Source: a virus (taxonomy: Duplodnaviria > Caudoviricetes). From it: a stretch of 64,000 nt of DNA. A program made the translations under genes and the position numbers. The notes under the pieces were generated by a model. It did not search any database. It had not been told where the DNA came from and saw nothing but the letters and a program-made list of their open reading frames with translations. The stretch lies in IMG/VR virus record IMGVR_UViG_3300046318_000374, positions 293 through 64,292 of that record; one strand, 5' to 3'. Below are positions 8,594-19,013 of this stretch, piece after piece. The first letter of the stretch is position 1, and every line of letters begins with the position of its first letter.

Positions 8594-9877
8594 TTACACT
8601 TTTCCGTAATCCAATCCCCAACTCGCTTTGATAGGAAACCCACCCACCTCAATGATTTCTTTCAAATCTTTAATCTTATTCTTATCCACATCCATAGGAA
8701 CATCAAATAAGAATGAATCGTATGTATATAAGCTAAAACAAATATCACTACCCTCAATGTAATCCAAAATCCTACGCAATTTATCAATATTCATTTCAGT
8801 TTCAATTGCTTGTAGAAGATAGTTAAATACCTTTTGTGGATTCGGGTCTTCTATTAGGTTTAGTGGTATTTTTCGGTATTGTGTTTGTAAATACCCCTGC
8901 TTTACACTCTTATCCCACAATCCAATAATATAATCAGCTACCCCATTAAGAAATGGTATTTGGCGGAAATCATCATCGATACCTCCATATAGTAAACGGA
9001 ATGTAATACCCTTACCCTCCCCCAACTCACACCCGTATTGGTCTGCTAACCATTGGTGAACGGATGTTTTAGGTAATTCAAACCCAATCAACTTACCAAT
9101 GATGCGGGGGTGATACGCATCATAATCCATTTGTAGAAATATCCCATCACTTACAAAACAATCACGAGAGCCATCGGTTTTGTTTAGGGCAGAGAAGTTA
9201 ATTCCTCCGTGCCGATTGGATGGACGACCGGTGGTGGTGTATGGATTGTATTCGGTATAGATGGTGTTAGATGCGGTTATATGTTTTGTTGATTGAGACC
9301 ATCTATCAATAATTTTTTCCCTGTCGACCCGAACCCCATATTCCTCAATTCTCGATAAAACTGGAATACATATGTTATTATACCAATCAAAGTTAGTAGG
9401 TAATTCACCAATTGGATTTTCATCCATTATTTGCTCTATAACACCTCCTAATTTAAGTAAAGGTAAAGATTGTACTATATCACTATGATAACCCAAGAGA
9501 GTCAAACTATTGATGATTGGTTGGAATGGTTTTTCGTAATCGAATACTGAATGTTTGGATAAGTAATGATATGTATCGAAATCGTTACACTCTTTTTTAC
9601 TTTTAATTGTTTGTAACCATTTTTTCTTTCCAAATACCCACTTTTCACCATCGGTATCCCAAATAGTTTCTAAATCGGCTTTTGTGAGAGGAGATGCATC
9701 GGTATGTTTGAGTGTAATGATATAATCCCCACTATTTACTCTAATAAAAACAAATGAAAGTTGTGTGTTCATAGGGTGTTTGCCCATATCAACCCACATT
9801 GGAAACCAATAAGATGTTTGTGTATTCAGTAAAGGAATAAGGTTTTGTACCTCACTCAATGTTTCTATAACCTGCAT
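8594..9877 (-). CDS. atypical family A polymerase (DNA Pol I-like palm/fingers domain)
   Basis: TTTGRPS, motif A MDYDAYHPR, motif B KGITFRLLYGG, NYLLQAIE, motif C YTYDSF. Start moved to ATG 9877 (MQVIE) because the track's upstream start lies inside the promoter and terminator. Confidence 0.8.
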   Translation of the reverse strand: MQVIETLSEVQNLIPLLNTQTSYWFPMWVDMGKHPMNTQLSFVFIRVNSGDYIITLKHTDASPLTKADLETIWDTDGEKWVFGKKKWLQTIKSKKECNDFDTYHYLSKHSVFDYEKPFQPIINSLTLLGYHSDIVQSLPLLKLGGVIEQIMDENPIGELPTNFDWYNNICIPVLSRIEEYGVRVDREKIIDRWSQSTKHITASNTIYTEYNPYTTTGRPSNRHGGINFSALNKTDGSRDCFVSDGIFLQMDYDAYHPRIIGKLIGFELPKTSVHQWLADQYGCELGEGKGITFRLLYGGIDDDFRQIPFLNGVADYIIGLWDKSVKQGYLQTQYRKIPLNLIEDPNPQKVFNYLLQAIETEMNIDKLRRILDYIEGSDICFSLYTYDSFLFDVPMDVDKNKIKDLKEIIEVGGFPIKASWGLDYGKV

Positions 9878-9881
9878 TTTA

Positions 9882-9913
9882 CAAATATACAAAAAAAATC
9901 CCACAAATCCAAA
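9882..9913 (-). promoter_or_regulatory. Bacteroidota sigma70-type promoter
   Basis: TTTG (9913-9910), 20-nt spacer, TATATTTG (9889-9882); only about 4 nt before ATG 9877, so possibly a near-leaderless mRNA. Confidence 0.75.
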
Positions 9914-9927
9914 TGGAAAAGTGGGAT
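9891..9927 (-). terminator. terminator downstream of tmRNA (overlaps the polymerase promoter)
   Basis: ATCCCAC...GTGGGAT stem followed by a U8 run. Confidence 0.7.
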
Positions 9928-10308
9928 TGGTGGAGATGGCGGGATTCGAACCCGCGTCCAGATAAGTTTCTAATGTAAATCGTTCACAAGTTTAGGATAG
10001 TGTTTTATCTTACTAACACTCCAAAAGAATTGGGGCCGACTGGTTAAGTCAGCAGATTCCACCAACCGATTTAGAGTTTCGGTAAACTTAAAATTTTCAC
10101 TTCTTTTTAATTCCCACGAGTGATGCGGGAGCGATTAGGCAGCTACTGCGTAATCGAAAGACTCCATCCATGCCATAGCATCTCCGAAAGTCATTGTAGA
10201 TAATTCTACGTCTGCACTTATTGTTTGATAGGTCTTCAAAGGTTTCCATCTAACCTTACTTGCATCAATACAACCAGTCTTCATACCTGTCAAAAGCCGG
10301 TCATCCCC
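9928..10308 (-). ncRNA. ssrA: tmRNA (transfer-messenger RNA)
   Basis: 5' GGGGATGACCGGCTTTTGACAGG; 3' GACGCGGGTTCGAATCCCGCCATCTCCACCA with T-arm and encoded CCA; acceptor stem with G3:U alanine determinant; tag ORF 10215-10135 ADVELSTMTFGDAMAWMESFDYAVAA*. Confidence 0.95.
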
Positions 10309-10327
10309 ATATATTAAAGAACTTTTA

Positions 10328-10359
10328 CAAATATACGATAAATATTTGTAATTTCCAAA
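10328..10359 (-). promoter_or_regulatory. Bacteroidota sigma70-type promoter for tmRNA
   Basis: TTTG (10359-10356), 20-nt spacer, TATATTTG (10335-10328); the spacer also contains ATATTTAT (late-type motif). Confidence 0.8.
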
Positions 10360-10713
10360 TTATCTTTTATAGAATTGTAAAAAGTTTGGAAGATATAATT
10401 GTACTGCGGGTAATTTTTGTGATGCGTACTTAACTGATTTGAAATTCATCTCTTTTACTTTACTCTCATCACCACTAATAACCCAATCTAAATCAACTGA
10501 TATATAAAATGTATTATCTATTAACGATGAAAATTCTTTTCTATCAATTTCAATTACCGGTGAATTTTTATCATTTACCTTTTGAGCAAAATATCTAACA
10601 ACATACCCTTGCTCATAATCACTTTTTTTAGGAGTAGCAACGGATGGTTTAATATCACTTTTTTTAAATTCGGTTGGTAATTTAACTAATTTATCAAATC
10701 TATTAATATTCAT
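10360..10713 (-). CDS. hypothetical protein (end of baseplate operon)
   Basis: 117-aa ORF starting 2 nt after the upstream stop. Confidence 0.6.
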   Translation of the reverse strand: MNINRFDKLVKLPTEFKKSDIKPSVATPKKSDYEQGYVVRYFAQKVNDKNSPVIEIDRKEFSSLIDNTFYISVDLDWVISGDESKVKEMNFKSVKYASQKLPAVQLYLPNFLQFYKR

Positions 10714-10715
10714 AG

Positions 10716-13340
10716 TTATTTTTTATTGTTTTTAACATTTGCTTGAGCAGTTTTTATTGAAACTTGTCTAAAACCTCCTTTTATTTCCGTTTTCCACAAC
10801 ATACCATCAATTGTATGTTTTATTGACATTACTTGAAAAAATCCAGCAGTTGAATACTTTGCAGGTAAACCTAATATTCTAAATTTATCACCACGTTTCA
10901 TTCCACTAATACCATGCACCGTAAATGTAAATTCAATTGGCATTATAGGACCGGTATTATTATCAGCAACATCACTTATGATTTCATATCCTAATTTTAA
11001 ATGTTCAAAAACTGTCAAATCATTTAAAGCACCAATATATACAGTATCATATAAATTAAAACCTTCTGCAGTTGCATCTACCGAATAATCTTTTGTAAAT
11101 TGAACTCTAGGGTAAACACCTACTTTATCTAAAAATAATTTAAAATTTCTTTCTTTTTCTTGTTCAATTGCAGCATTAGTTTCATCTACTTTTGCCTGTT
11201 CTAATCCCATTGTAAACATTTTATCCTTGTCATCGGTAAAAACACCAGCAACTGAATTGTAACCTTTAGCCAGTTTCCCTAGTGCTTTATCAAAAGGGTT
11301 TTGTTCAATTGTACCATCTGGTTTTTTAACTTGTCCACTTTCTTCTTTTTTTACGGAAGATTCATCCGTTGTACCTGCCGATTCTGCTAATTTTAAAGTT
11401 TCTTCTTTTTCCATTTGAATACCATTTAGCACCATATCGGTTAATCCAACTGCAAACAAAGCACCGGTTGTTGATGGAGAAGATGAGTTATTTTTAGTAC
11501 CTAATCTAGAACCTATTATTTGATTCATTTTTGCACCACTAATATCTAAATCTAAAGATGCATCTATAAAAACGGAATTTGGACCAGTCATTGGTAATGC
11601 CATAACACCGGCCAACGGATTATCTTGTTTTGCTACAAAATTCAAATCAACAATTTTTAAAATCACATCCGTACCGGCTGCATTTGATTGTTCTACAATT
11701 TGAAAATCCCAAACTGAACCAGCTGCCGATGATATACCATTTAATATTTGGTATAACGCATCTTTCATTAAAAAGTTTTTAGTTTCTACTATACCTTTTA
11801 CAAAATCAAAATTTACATAAAGGTCATCTAAAAATCCAAATTCACCAGTTGGTTTTGTTACACCAGTTGTACCTAATGATTTATCTACAAGTCCAACTTT
11901 AAACCCACCTTTACTTCCACCACTTACTACTCCATTTGTAAGTGTACCTTTATATGGGAAAGTTATTTCTATTCCACCAAATTTTACAGAGTTGTCTTGT
12001 ACGGCTGTAAAATCAGTTTGTGGTTTTGGTGAATTAAGAGCTTCTGCTATTGAAAACTTTGGTGTATTTGCGTTTGGTATAAATAATTTTGTTTTATCCG
12101 TACTAAATATTTTTTTAAATGCAGAACATATACATTCTCTACTTTCTATTCTAAATTTTACTAGTTTACCACCAACTACATAACCAACTGCACCAACATT
12201 ATTTATGATTTCCATTACAGCACCAAATCTAATAAATTTTTCTTCTCCAATTAACTTTGTGCCATCTGGTATTTCAACCGAATCAACTTTTTCCGTTGCA
12301 ACCGGCTCACCGCTTTCTCCGTCTTTTACTTGATATGAATCTTGCACTCCAACTGTTGTAGTTCCATTAACCAATCCAAATGAAAGAAACCCCTCTGCCT
12401 TTGCCAATACACTATCACCTGCAATTGATTGGAAATTTTCTCTAACCGCTTCATCAAAATTTACATAATTGATTGCGGCTAACATATTAGGATTTTTAAA
12501 TAGTTTTGCTTGTAACGCCGCACTTCTTCGATTTGATGGTAATTGATTAAACATCATCATAAATCTTTTTTTACCCAAATCCGTTTCATTTTGTATAGTA
12601 GATGTTACAAAACTAACTGCAGCCGGTCCTTTATTTACATCGGATTTTTTTGATGTAACTTTGTCAGAAACCATCAAATATGCAGGTAATTCTGGAAATC
12701 CCGTACAATTTACCGTTATTTCCCATTTATCACCATTAGCAGCAACACTACCACCTGTAATAAATCCTAAATAGTTATCGTATAAACCCTTACACTTTTG
12801 TCTTCTACTTTGTAAATTTTTAATTGAATTAAAACTTACAACATAGGCTGCTGATAATTTATCACTATATCCCGTAAATGCCTCTGGTTGATTCCAACCC
12901 CACTCTATAAAAACAGTAAATCCTGGCTCTAAAAAGTATTTACAAACCGCATCACATTGTTTTTGCGTAAATGTTGTAATTTTAAATGTTGCTTTTCTAG
13001 AAAGAGTTGCAGTACCACCACCCTCTTCACATTCAAATGATGATACAATTGGAGATGGTTTTAATCCAACATCCACACCAACACTTACTGCATTACCAGA
13101 CCAATCTACCCCTAACACACCACTTTCTGCGGCATTACCATAGATAGCACCAGTTTTAACACCTGCCGCTTTTAATAAACTAAAATTTGCATTTGATTGC
13201 ATTATCAAACCGGCACCTACACCAGAGGAAACGCGTATCCAACTATTTAAGCTAGATACATATTGTGTATTATCCATTCTACGATTAAATTCGGATACTA
13301 CAAAGCCGTTTACATTTGAAAAATCTGGAAATATTGCCAT
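10716..13340 (-). CDS. putative baseplate hub / tail protein
   Basis: 874 aa following the LysM gene; C-terminal FTVHGISGMKRGDKFRI...FFQVMSIKHTI...WKTEIKG resembles the gp27/gpD hub C-terminus. Confidence 0.6.
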   Translation of the reverse strand: MAIFPDFSNVNGFVVSEFNRRMDNTQYVSSLNSWIRVSSGVGAGLIMQSNANFSLLKAAGVKTGAIYGNAAESGVLGVDWSGNAVSVGVDVGLKPSPIVSSFECEEGGGTATLSRKATFKITTFTQKQCDAVCKYFLEPGFTVFIEWGWNQPEAFTGYSDKLSAAYVVSFNSIKNLQSRRQKCKGLYDNYLGFITGGSVAANGDKWEITVNCTGFPELPAYLMVSDKVTSKKSDVNKGPAAVSFVTSTIQNETDLGKKRFMMMFNQLPSNRRSAALQAKLFKNPNMLAAINYVNFDEAVRENFQSIAGDSVLAKAEGFLSFGLVNGTTTVGVQDSYQVKDGESGEPVATEKVDSVEIPDGTKLIGEEKFIRFGAVMEIINNVGAVGYVVGGKLVKFRIESRECICSAFKKIFSTDKTKLFIPNANTPKFSIAEALNSPKPQTDFTAVQDNSVKFGGIEITFPYKGTLTNGVVSGGSKGGFKVGLVDKSLGTTGVTKPTGEFGFLDDLYVNFDFVKGIVETKNFLMKDALYQILNGISSAAGSVWDFQIVEQSNAAGTDVILKIVDLNFVAKQDNPLAGVMALPMTGPNSVFIDASLDLDISGAKMNQIIGSRLGTKNNSSSPSTTGALFAVGLTDMVLNGIQMEKEETLKLAESAGTTDESSVKKEESGQVKKPDGTIEQNPFDKALGKLAKGYNSVAGVFTDDKDKMFTMGLEQAKVDETNAAIEQEKERNFKLFLDKVGVYPRVQFTKDYSVDATAEGFNLYDTVYIGALNDLTVFEHLKLGYEIISDVADNNTGPIMPIEFTFTVHGISGMKRGDKFRILGLPAKYSTAGFFQVMSIKHTIDGMLWKTEIKGGFRQVSIKTAQANVKNNKK

Positions 13341-13344
13341 AACA

Positions 13345-13671
13345 TTAGAGTTCTAAATTATCATTTTCTATATCTTCTGAATTTGATATAAACGCAGAGC
13401 TTATTTGAATATAATTTTGTGGAATTCGTAATACTGTCCCATCGGGTACTGCAAACATAGCACCATGCAAATTGTTGGCAGCTGCAATTATCCACCACAA
13501 AGATGAATTACCATAAAATTGGTTTGCTAATGTATCTAATCTATCACCCGTTTCGGTTGCAACATAGATATCATCATCTCTTAATGGAATATTTGGTGGT
13601 ATTACTGGTTTAAACACAGTTCTACCATCTATTGTAGTTTTTGTACTATTAAATTCGTATCTATTATCCAT
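13345..13671 (-). CDS. LysM-like baseplate wedge protein (gp53/tail protein X-like)
   Basis: GDRLDTLANQFYGNSSLWWIIAAAN...GTVLRIP. Confidence 0.85.
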   Translation of the reverse strand: MDNRYEFNSTKTTIDGRTVFKPVIPPNIPLRDDDIYVATETGDRLDTLANQFYGNSSLWWIIAAANNLHGAMFAVPDGTVLRIPQNYIQISSAFISNSEDIENDNLEL

Positions 13672-13679
13672 TATTTAAT

Positions 13680-16217
13680 TTATTTTCCTAAACCAGATAA
13701 ATTTAAAGCAGAATTTCTTAAAGATTCATATGCAGCTTTATTATTAATTAATGTTTGTTCTGCCAATCGTTTTTCTAATTCTTTTGTTTCTCGTCTACTT
13801 AATTTTGCTGGTTTTTCACTTTTACTCACATTATTATTAACCGTAGTTAGTGTTGGTAAACTAAATGAGTTTGTCTTTAAGTTTGGTGCAAATGGACTAG
13901 CAATTGTACCATTTGCGTTAAATGGAGATGCGCTAGGTTTTATAGCACTTCCTACATTAAATGGTGGTATTGATAAAGTAGATGGTATTGATGGTGTTTG
14001 GAATTTACCAGTTATGCCCTGTACTGATTTCATACCATCAAACTTCATAGTAGCTGCTGCAAATTCTTTTGATAATGCAGGACCTGCTATACCTAAACCA
14101 GCAACTTGCGTACCAGTTGTTTTACCTACACCAGTTAAACCAGATAAACCTTTTAAGTATGAATCAGTTTTTGCAACAATTGTAGTATCAACACCTCCCA
14201 ATATTCCTTTAGAATCAATATTAGCAGCTGCTACCACACTTCCTGCGGTTGTTGTATTTGTATTACTTCCGGCAATATCAGTACTAGTATCTTTTTTATC
14301 TTCTGCTTGTTTTAAGGCAACTTTTTTATATGGTTTAATCCCATATAAAGTTACCGAAGTACCAATCGTATTTGTAGTTGATTTATTTTCAATAAACTTA
14401 ACAGTTATGGAAACATCTACAACTCTAGGTAATTTATAGTTCTTTAAATCACCATCTCTATTTCCATTTTCATCTAAACCAATTTCCCAAGGTGCATTAT
14501 CATCAATTGTATATGATAAACTTTCTACAAATCCAGTTTTACCAACATACATATTACCCAATGTTAATTTAATAATTGGTGCAATTACACCAACTGTTTG
14601 ATATCCTTGTGGGTATGCTAATGATGTTAAGAAATCTAATTTATTCCAAGCAGCCATATGTTCTTGCGCATTTAAAGAATAAACTTTAAAATTAAACTGA
14701 ACACTTCTTTCAATACCTGTATATGTGTAATAATTAAAAGGAGAACCCATAAATTTATTACTATCCCACGATGGAGATGTTGTTTCAGATAATCCACTTA
14801 ATGTTGCTCTAAATTGAACTGTTTTATTTTGAGCTACTGAATAGAACTTTAATGGTATAAAATCATAATCATCTAAATCACCACCTCTTGCATCTTTACC
14901 AGATTGACCACTATATTCTAATGTATTGTTTATTATATCACCAGTATCAGCTAAATCTCTACCATAACCAAATCCCATTCTACGTGCAACCGCCATCGAA
15001 ACTCTTTCTTCATTTTTTAATTTAGAATATTTTTTTGTTTCATCTTTTGTTGGACCGGTAGTTGCATATGCAGGATTCTTTTCATTATACAACATCATTA
15101 TCTTTGAAGATAAATCATTTCTTAACTTAATATCATCTGCAGATGCATCAATAGTTTCCGATTTTTTTACCGGCGTTCCATCATCTTTTTGTGGAACTTT
15201 ATCTAATGGTGTTCTTGCTAATATTTGTTGCCCTTCTTTTCTACCAGCAGTTAAACTACTTAACATACTACCTCTTACGGAATTAATTTTATCCGTTATT
15301 GATGCAAATGGTTGATTTGCAGTATTTAATGGTGCAGTTTCTTTCGGTGGTTCTGGTAATCTACTACCAGCTTTTAATTTATCAGTAGAACTTCCACCTT
15401 TATCAGCTGTTTTTTGATTTGAATCTCTTTGAACTAATAATGATGATAAATCGTGTCTAGTTAAAGCATCTGCAGATTTAGCATCTACTGTCTTTGAATA
15501 AGGTGCAACTCTATCGTATTGAATTTGAGTTGGGGATTTTGCAGCATATACTTTTTGGTCTGGTAATCCACTTCCCAATAATTTCTTTTTTACTTCGTTT
15601 TTAAGTAAATCTATCCCACCACCAATAATAGCATTTCCAATTTGAGATGGTGTACCGGTTGCATTATTTGCTAAAAATTTACCAACTAAATTACCCGCAC
15701 TATCTCCTTTAATTTTAGCCAAAGTAAGCATCGTATCTGATTCTTTACCTGCTAAAAACTCATTATCTTGAACTATTCGGGTTGGAATTAACTCATATGG
15801 TAGTTTAATACCTATTTTTGATGCTAATTCTAATCCTTTTAATTTTACTTTAGATACTAAATCCCCAATAATACCATTACCACTTCCTACTGCACCAGTA
15901 CCACCTTTCATAACATCTTTCATTGTGGTAGTTTGAGTGTTGATACGAATTATATCAGTACCATAGATGATTGGTTCGGAAAGTAATCTTAAAGGTCTTA
16001 AACCAGTTGTTTCTTGTTCAATAAATGTTTCTCCTCTTTGTACGGATAATTTACCTTTTCTTATTTTATTTACCGCAGCAAAGGATGTTGCGTTTAGAGC
16101 ACCATTTGATGATGATATATCAATATCTTTACTATTACGAATATCATATTGTTTTTCACCAGTTTGACCACTAGTTAATTTTTGGTTTTTAAAAAGTTCT
16201 AATATCGATTTACCCAT
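13680..16217 (-). CDS. baseplate / tail tube initiator-like protein
   Basis: Directly after tape measure; FRATLSGLSET..W....MG....YTYTGIERSVQFNF...LTLGNMY...ESLSYTI...PW is a tube-fold-type domain. Confidence 0.6.
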   Translation of the reverse strand: MGKSILELFKNQKLTSGQTGEKQYDIRNSKDIDISSSNGALNATSFAAVNKIRKGKLSVQRGETFIEQETTGLRPLRLLSEPIIYGTDIIRINTQTTTMKDVMKGGTGAVGSGNGIIGDLVSKVKLKGLELASKIGIKLPYELIPTRIVQDNEFLAGKESDTMLTLAKIKGDSAGNLVGKFLANNATGTPSQIGNAIIGGGIDLLKNEVKKKLLGSGLPDQKVYAAKSPTQIQYDRVAPYSKTVDAKSADALTRHDLSSLLVQRDSNQKTADKGGSSTDKLKAGSRLPEPPKETAPLNTANQPFASITDKINSVRGSMLSSLTAGRKEGQQILARTPLDKVPQKDDGTPVKKSETIDASADDIKLRNDLSSKIMMLYNEKNPAYATTGPTKDETKKYSKLKNEERVSMAVARRMGFGYGRDLADTGDIINNTLEYSGQSGKDARGGDLDDYDFIPLKFYSVAQNKTVQFRATLSGLSETTSPSWDSNKFMGSPFNYYTYTGIERSVQFNFKVYSLNAQEHMAAWNKLDFLTSLAYPQGYQTVGVIAPIIKLTLGNMYVGKTGFVESLSYTIDDNAPWEIGLDENGNRDGDLKNYKLPRVVDVSITVKFIENKSTTNTIGTSVTLYGIKPYKKVALKQAEDKKDTSTDIAGSNTNTTTAGSVVAAANIDSKGILGGVDTTIVAKTDSYLKGLSGLTGVGKTTGTQVAGLGIAGPALSKEFAAATMKFDGMKSVQGITGKFQTPSIPSTLSIPPFNVGSAIKPSASPFNANGTIASPFAPNLKTNSFSLPTLTTVNNNVSKSEKPAKLSRRETKELEKRLAEQTLINNKAAYESLRNSALNLSGLGK

Positions 16218-18745
16218 TATTTTTTATGATACGCGTTTGTGCTTGTATTAGCTACTACTCTTGAAACTCCGGCGGTTACTTTCTTACCATCCATATTTAC
16301 ACCAATCTTACCTGATGCCATATCTTCTCTTAAACCTTTTATTTCGGCAATTAACTCATCCATTTTAGCATCTTCTCCACCACCAATCGCACCACCTACT
16401 GCTGCACCCATTCCACCAAAGAAACTTAATGCTGCTAATGCAGGTAAAGCCATCATACCAGTAACCGCTATGGCTGCTAATGCAACCGATAATGCCATCA
16501 ATGCACCTGCTAATCCTAATATTGGTAAGAAATCTATGGCTGCAATAGCCGCTATATTATCAAGTATCATAGGTAACGAACCACTAATTGATGCAAATCC
16601 AGCACCAGTTGTTTGTAAACCAAGTCCCAATATTGTTAATGCACCACCCATTGCAATTAGAGCAACGATACCTGCACCAAATACGGCTGCACCCACTCCA
16701 GTCAACATTGCTGCACCTAATATACCAATTGCAACACTAAATCCAATTAGAGCAAGACCGGCAGCTGCTACACTACTCCAATCCACACTACCAAACATTT
16801 GCATTGCATACGCAAATGGTATCAATGCCACACCTAATATTGCAATAGCGAGTGCACCAGTTATCATATCACCAGATATTTTTGATAACACATATGCAAT
16901 ACCAACCAATCCCATCAATCCAACTAATCCCTTTGCAACACTTTCCCATTCAACACTTCCAAACTCTTGGAATGCTTTTGCTGCTATATATAATGCTCCT
17001 GCTAATATTATTAATGCCAATGCTGCTTTAATAAGCGCATTTCCATTTATCTTACTCATTTTATTAGCACTATCAACTGGTGTTTTTTTGTTATCTACAG
17101 GTGGTGGAGTTGCCGAATCACTAACACTAGGAGATTTTCCAAATATACCCTTTACTTTGTTTATAGGCCACATCAATAAATTTTTAAGTGTATTGGCAGT
17201 TTTAGTACCAATATTACCCATAAAATCATCCATAGCCTTAAAACCAGTACCAAGTTGTCCGGCCGCAATAACCATACCACTTAAACCTTGTAATGATGTT
17301 CCTAAATATTTGTTTAATCCTGCATTAATACCCTCACCCATCATACTGAACTTTTCGTTCAATTGTCCACCTACCGTATTTGCATTTTCTTGTTGAGTAA
17401 CCATCTTTTGTAGTTCCTCAACAGTTGTTCCCATCAATTCTGCCGTTGCTTTCTTTTGGAAATAATCCATTTTATTGAAAGCATCTATACCACCTACGGC
17501 ACGTAATGTTTCTTGCGTTGCTCCTACAATATCACCCTGATATGCCAATGCTCTGGCCTTATCTAAATTAATATTTCTACCTAGCATTGCACCCAACTCC
17601 AATTCTTTACTTATTGATGTTTCAAAATCCAATAAGTTATCGGCAACATTGGTCATAGTTTTCAAACTAACACCCATTTTTGCTGCTGCCCCAGCTGCAG
17701 TAATTAAATTTTTACCACCATCTTTACCAAACAATGCAAACTCTTCGGTAGAATTTGCCACATCTTGCATTAAATCGGCAGGAACTAAACCATTTTGTTT
17801 TGCAAACTCTTGTGTTGATTTTGTTAAATTTAGAGCCGCTTCGGCACTATTACCATTTAATCTAGCAAATGAACCTAATAATTTAGCACCTTCTACCCCA
17901 CTAATGCCCATATTGGTAGATATTAATGATGTTGCTGCTTGCAATTCACCACTAACATTATTTATTCCACCAAAGTTTTTAGCTAACTCCCTTGCATTAG
18001 TAACTGCATTATCATCAATAAAAGAAAGTGCAGTAGTACCAATTTCACTTATACCACCTAATTCACCTCTAACCTTACCCCATTGAGTAGCAAATGCACC
18101 AGCACCTGCTAATGCGGTTGCTAAAAATCCTTTGAACCCACTAGTTAAAACGCCTAATGTATCTAAAACACCATCTATTGATTTTCTAATAGCTTCATAT
18201 GCTGCTACTTGCCCATCTAATACTTCTTTTTGATTTTTATTTAAGGATGCTAATGAATTTGCTATTGCAAATTGAGTATCTAAATTATCAAGTATATGTT
18301 TATCCGTTTCTTCTATATAACCAAGTGAGCTTCTAAGGTCATTAAATTGGTTTGTAAGAGCAGCTCTAGCAGCAACATCTTCAATAGTAGTTTGTGCAAA
18401 ACTTCTATTTACATCTGCCATTTGTTGCATAATAGATTCTTGTTCGGTAGTAAGAGATGTCCCCTTCACCATTGCATTAATTCTATTTTGCTCTGCCTGA
18501 CTTAATTTAGTATATATGCCAGTTAAACTATTATTTGATGCCTCTGCATCTTTTAGTCCATCTAATCGTGATTGATTTACTTTTTTTAATTCTTTTGCTA
18601 ATTCTTTTACTTGATTTTTTTGTTCCTCAATCAAATCGCGTAAATTAGCCTCACCCGCCGCTCTACGACGCTGTAAGGTTTCTATATTTGATTCAGTTTC
18701 CTCAATCTGTCTTAATAAAGAAAGTCTATCCGATTCTCCTGCCAT
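16217..18745 (-). CDS. tape measure protein
   Basis: 842 aa; coiled-coil N-terminus and Ala/Gly/Leu-rich helical repeats; position after tube and chaperone-like genes. Confidence 0.8.
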   Translation of the reverse strand: MAGESDRLSLLRQIEETESNIETLQRRRAAGEANLRDLIEEQKNQVKELAKELKKVNQSRLDGLKDAEASNNSLTGIYTKLSQAEQNRINAMVKGTSLTTEQESIMQQMADVNRSFAQTTIEDVAARAALTNQFNDLRSSLGYIEETDKHILDNLDTQFAIANSLASLNKNQKEVLDGQVAAYEAIRKSIDGVLDTLGVLTSGFKGFLATALAGAGAFATQWGKVRGELGGISEIGTTALSFIDDNAVTNARELAKNFGGINNVSGELQAATSLISTNMGISGVEGAKLLGSFARLNGNSAEAALNLTKSTQEFAKQNGLVPADLMQDVANSTEEFALFGKDGGKNLITAAGAAAKMGVSLKTMTNVADNLLDFETSISKELELGAMLGRNINLDKARALAYQGDIVGATQETLRAVGGIDAFNKMDYFQKKATAELMGTTVEELQKMVTQQENANTVGGQLNEKFSMMGEGINAGLNKYLGTSLQGLSGMVIAAGQLGTGFKAMDDFMGNIGTKTANTLKNLLMWPINKVKGIFGKSPSVSDSATPPPVDNKKTPVDSANKMSKINGNALIKAALALIILAGALYIAAKAFQEFGSVEWESVAKGLVGLMGLVGIAYVLSKISGDMITGALAIAILGVALIPFAYAMQMFGSVDWSSVAAAGLALIGFSVAIGILGAAMLTGVGAAVFGAGIVALIAMGGALTILGLGLQTTGAGFASISGSLPMILDNIAAIAAIDFLPILGLAGALMALSVALAAIAVTGMMALPALAALSFFGGMGAAVGGAIGGGEDAKMDELIAEIKGLREDMASGKIGVNMDGKKVTAGVSRVVANTSTNAYHKK

Positions 18746-18762
18746 ATTTTTTTAATATACTA

Positions 18763-18978
18763 TTATGAATATTTTTTAATAATATTATCTAATCTATTTC
18801 TTTCAGCCTCAATTCGCTCCATTGCATCAATAATATCGGCAGGTAATTTATTGTGTTTTGCCTTTTCCAATGCAGCATTCACAGTATTTGTTTTTAATCC
18901 ATCAAAAAACGCATCAGTAAATTTTCTAACACCGGCAAATAAACCTTCATTAATGGGTTTTTTATTATTATTTGACAT
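18763..18978 (-). CDS. small hypothetical protein
   Basis: 71-aa ORF with its own TATTTATA motif. Confidence 0.6.
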   Translation of the reverse strand: MSNNNKKPINEGLFAGVRKFTDAFFDGLKTNTVNAALEKAKHNKLPADIIDAMERIEAERNRLDNIIKKYS

Positions 18979-18999
18979 AATTTATACGTGTTTATATAG

Positions 19000-19007
19000 T
19001 ATAAATA
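19000..19007 (-). promoter_or_regulatory. putative late promoter TATTTATA
   Basis: About 22 nt upstream of ATG 18978, after a terminator. Confidence 0.65.
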
Positions 19008-19013
19008 TTGAAT

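Noticed and set aside
9878-9904. ORF-track N-terminal extension of the polymerase (MGFFLYICK)
   Set aside because: Overlaps the terminator U-run and the -7 promoter element; ATG 9877 is the more plausible start.
9928-9960. tRNA-like 3' end
   Set aside because: It pairs with a 5' end 380 nt away and encloses a tag ORF, so it is tmRNA rather than a tRNA or attachment site.
16239-18086. 385-aa and 145-aa plus-strand ORFs antisense to the tape measure gene
   Set aside because: In-register antisense ORFs expected from Ala/Gly/Leu codon usage; no recognisable domain.
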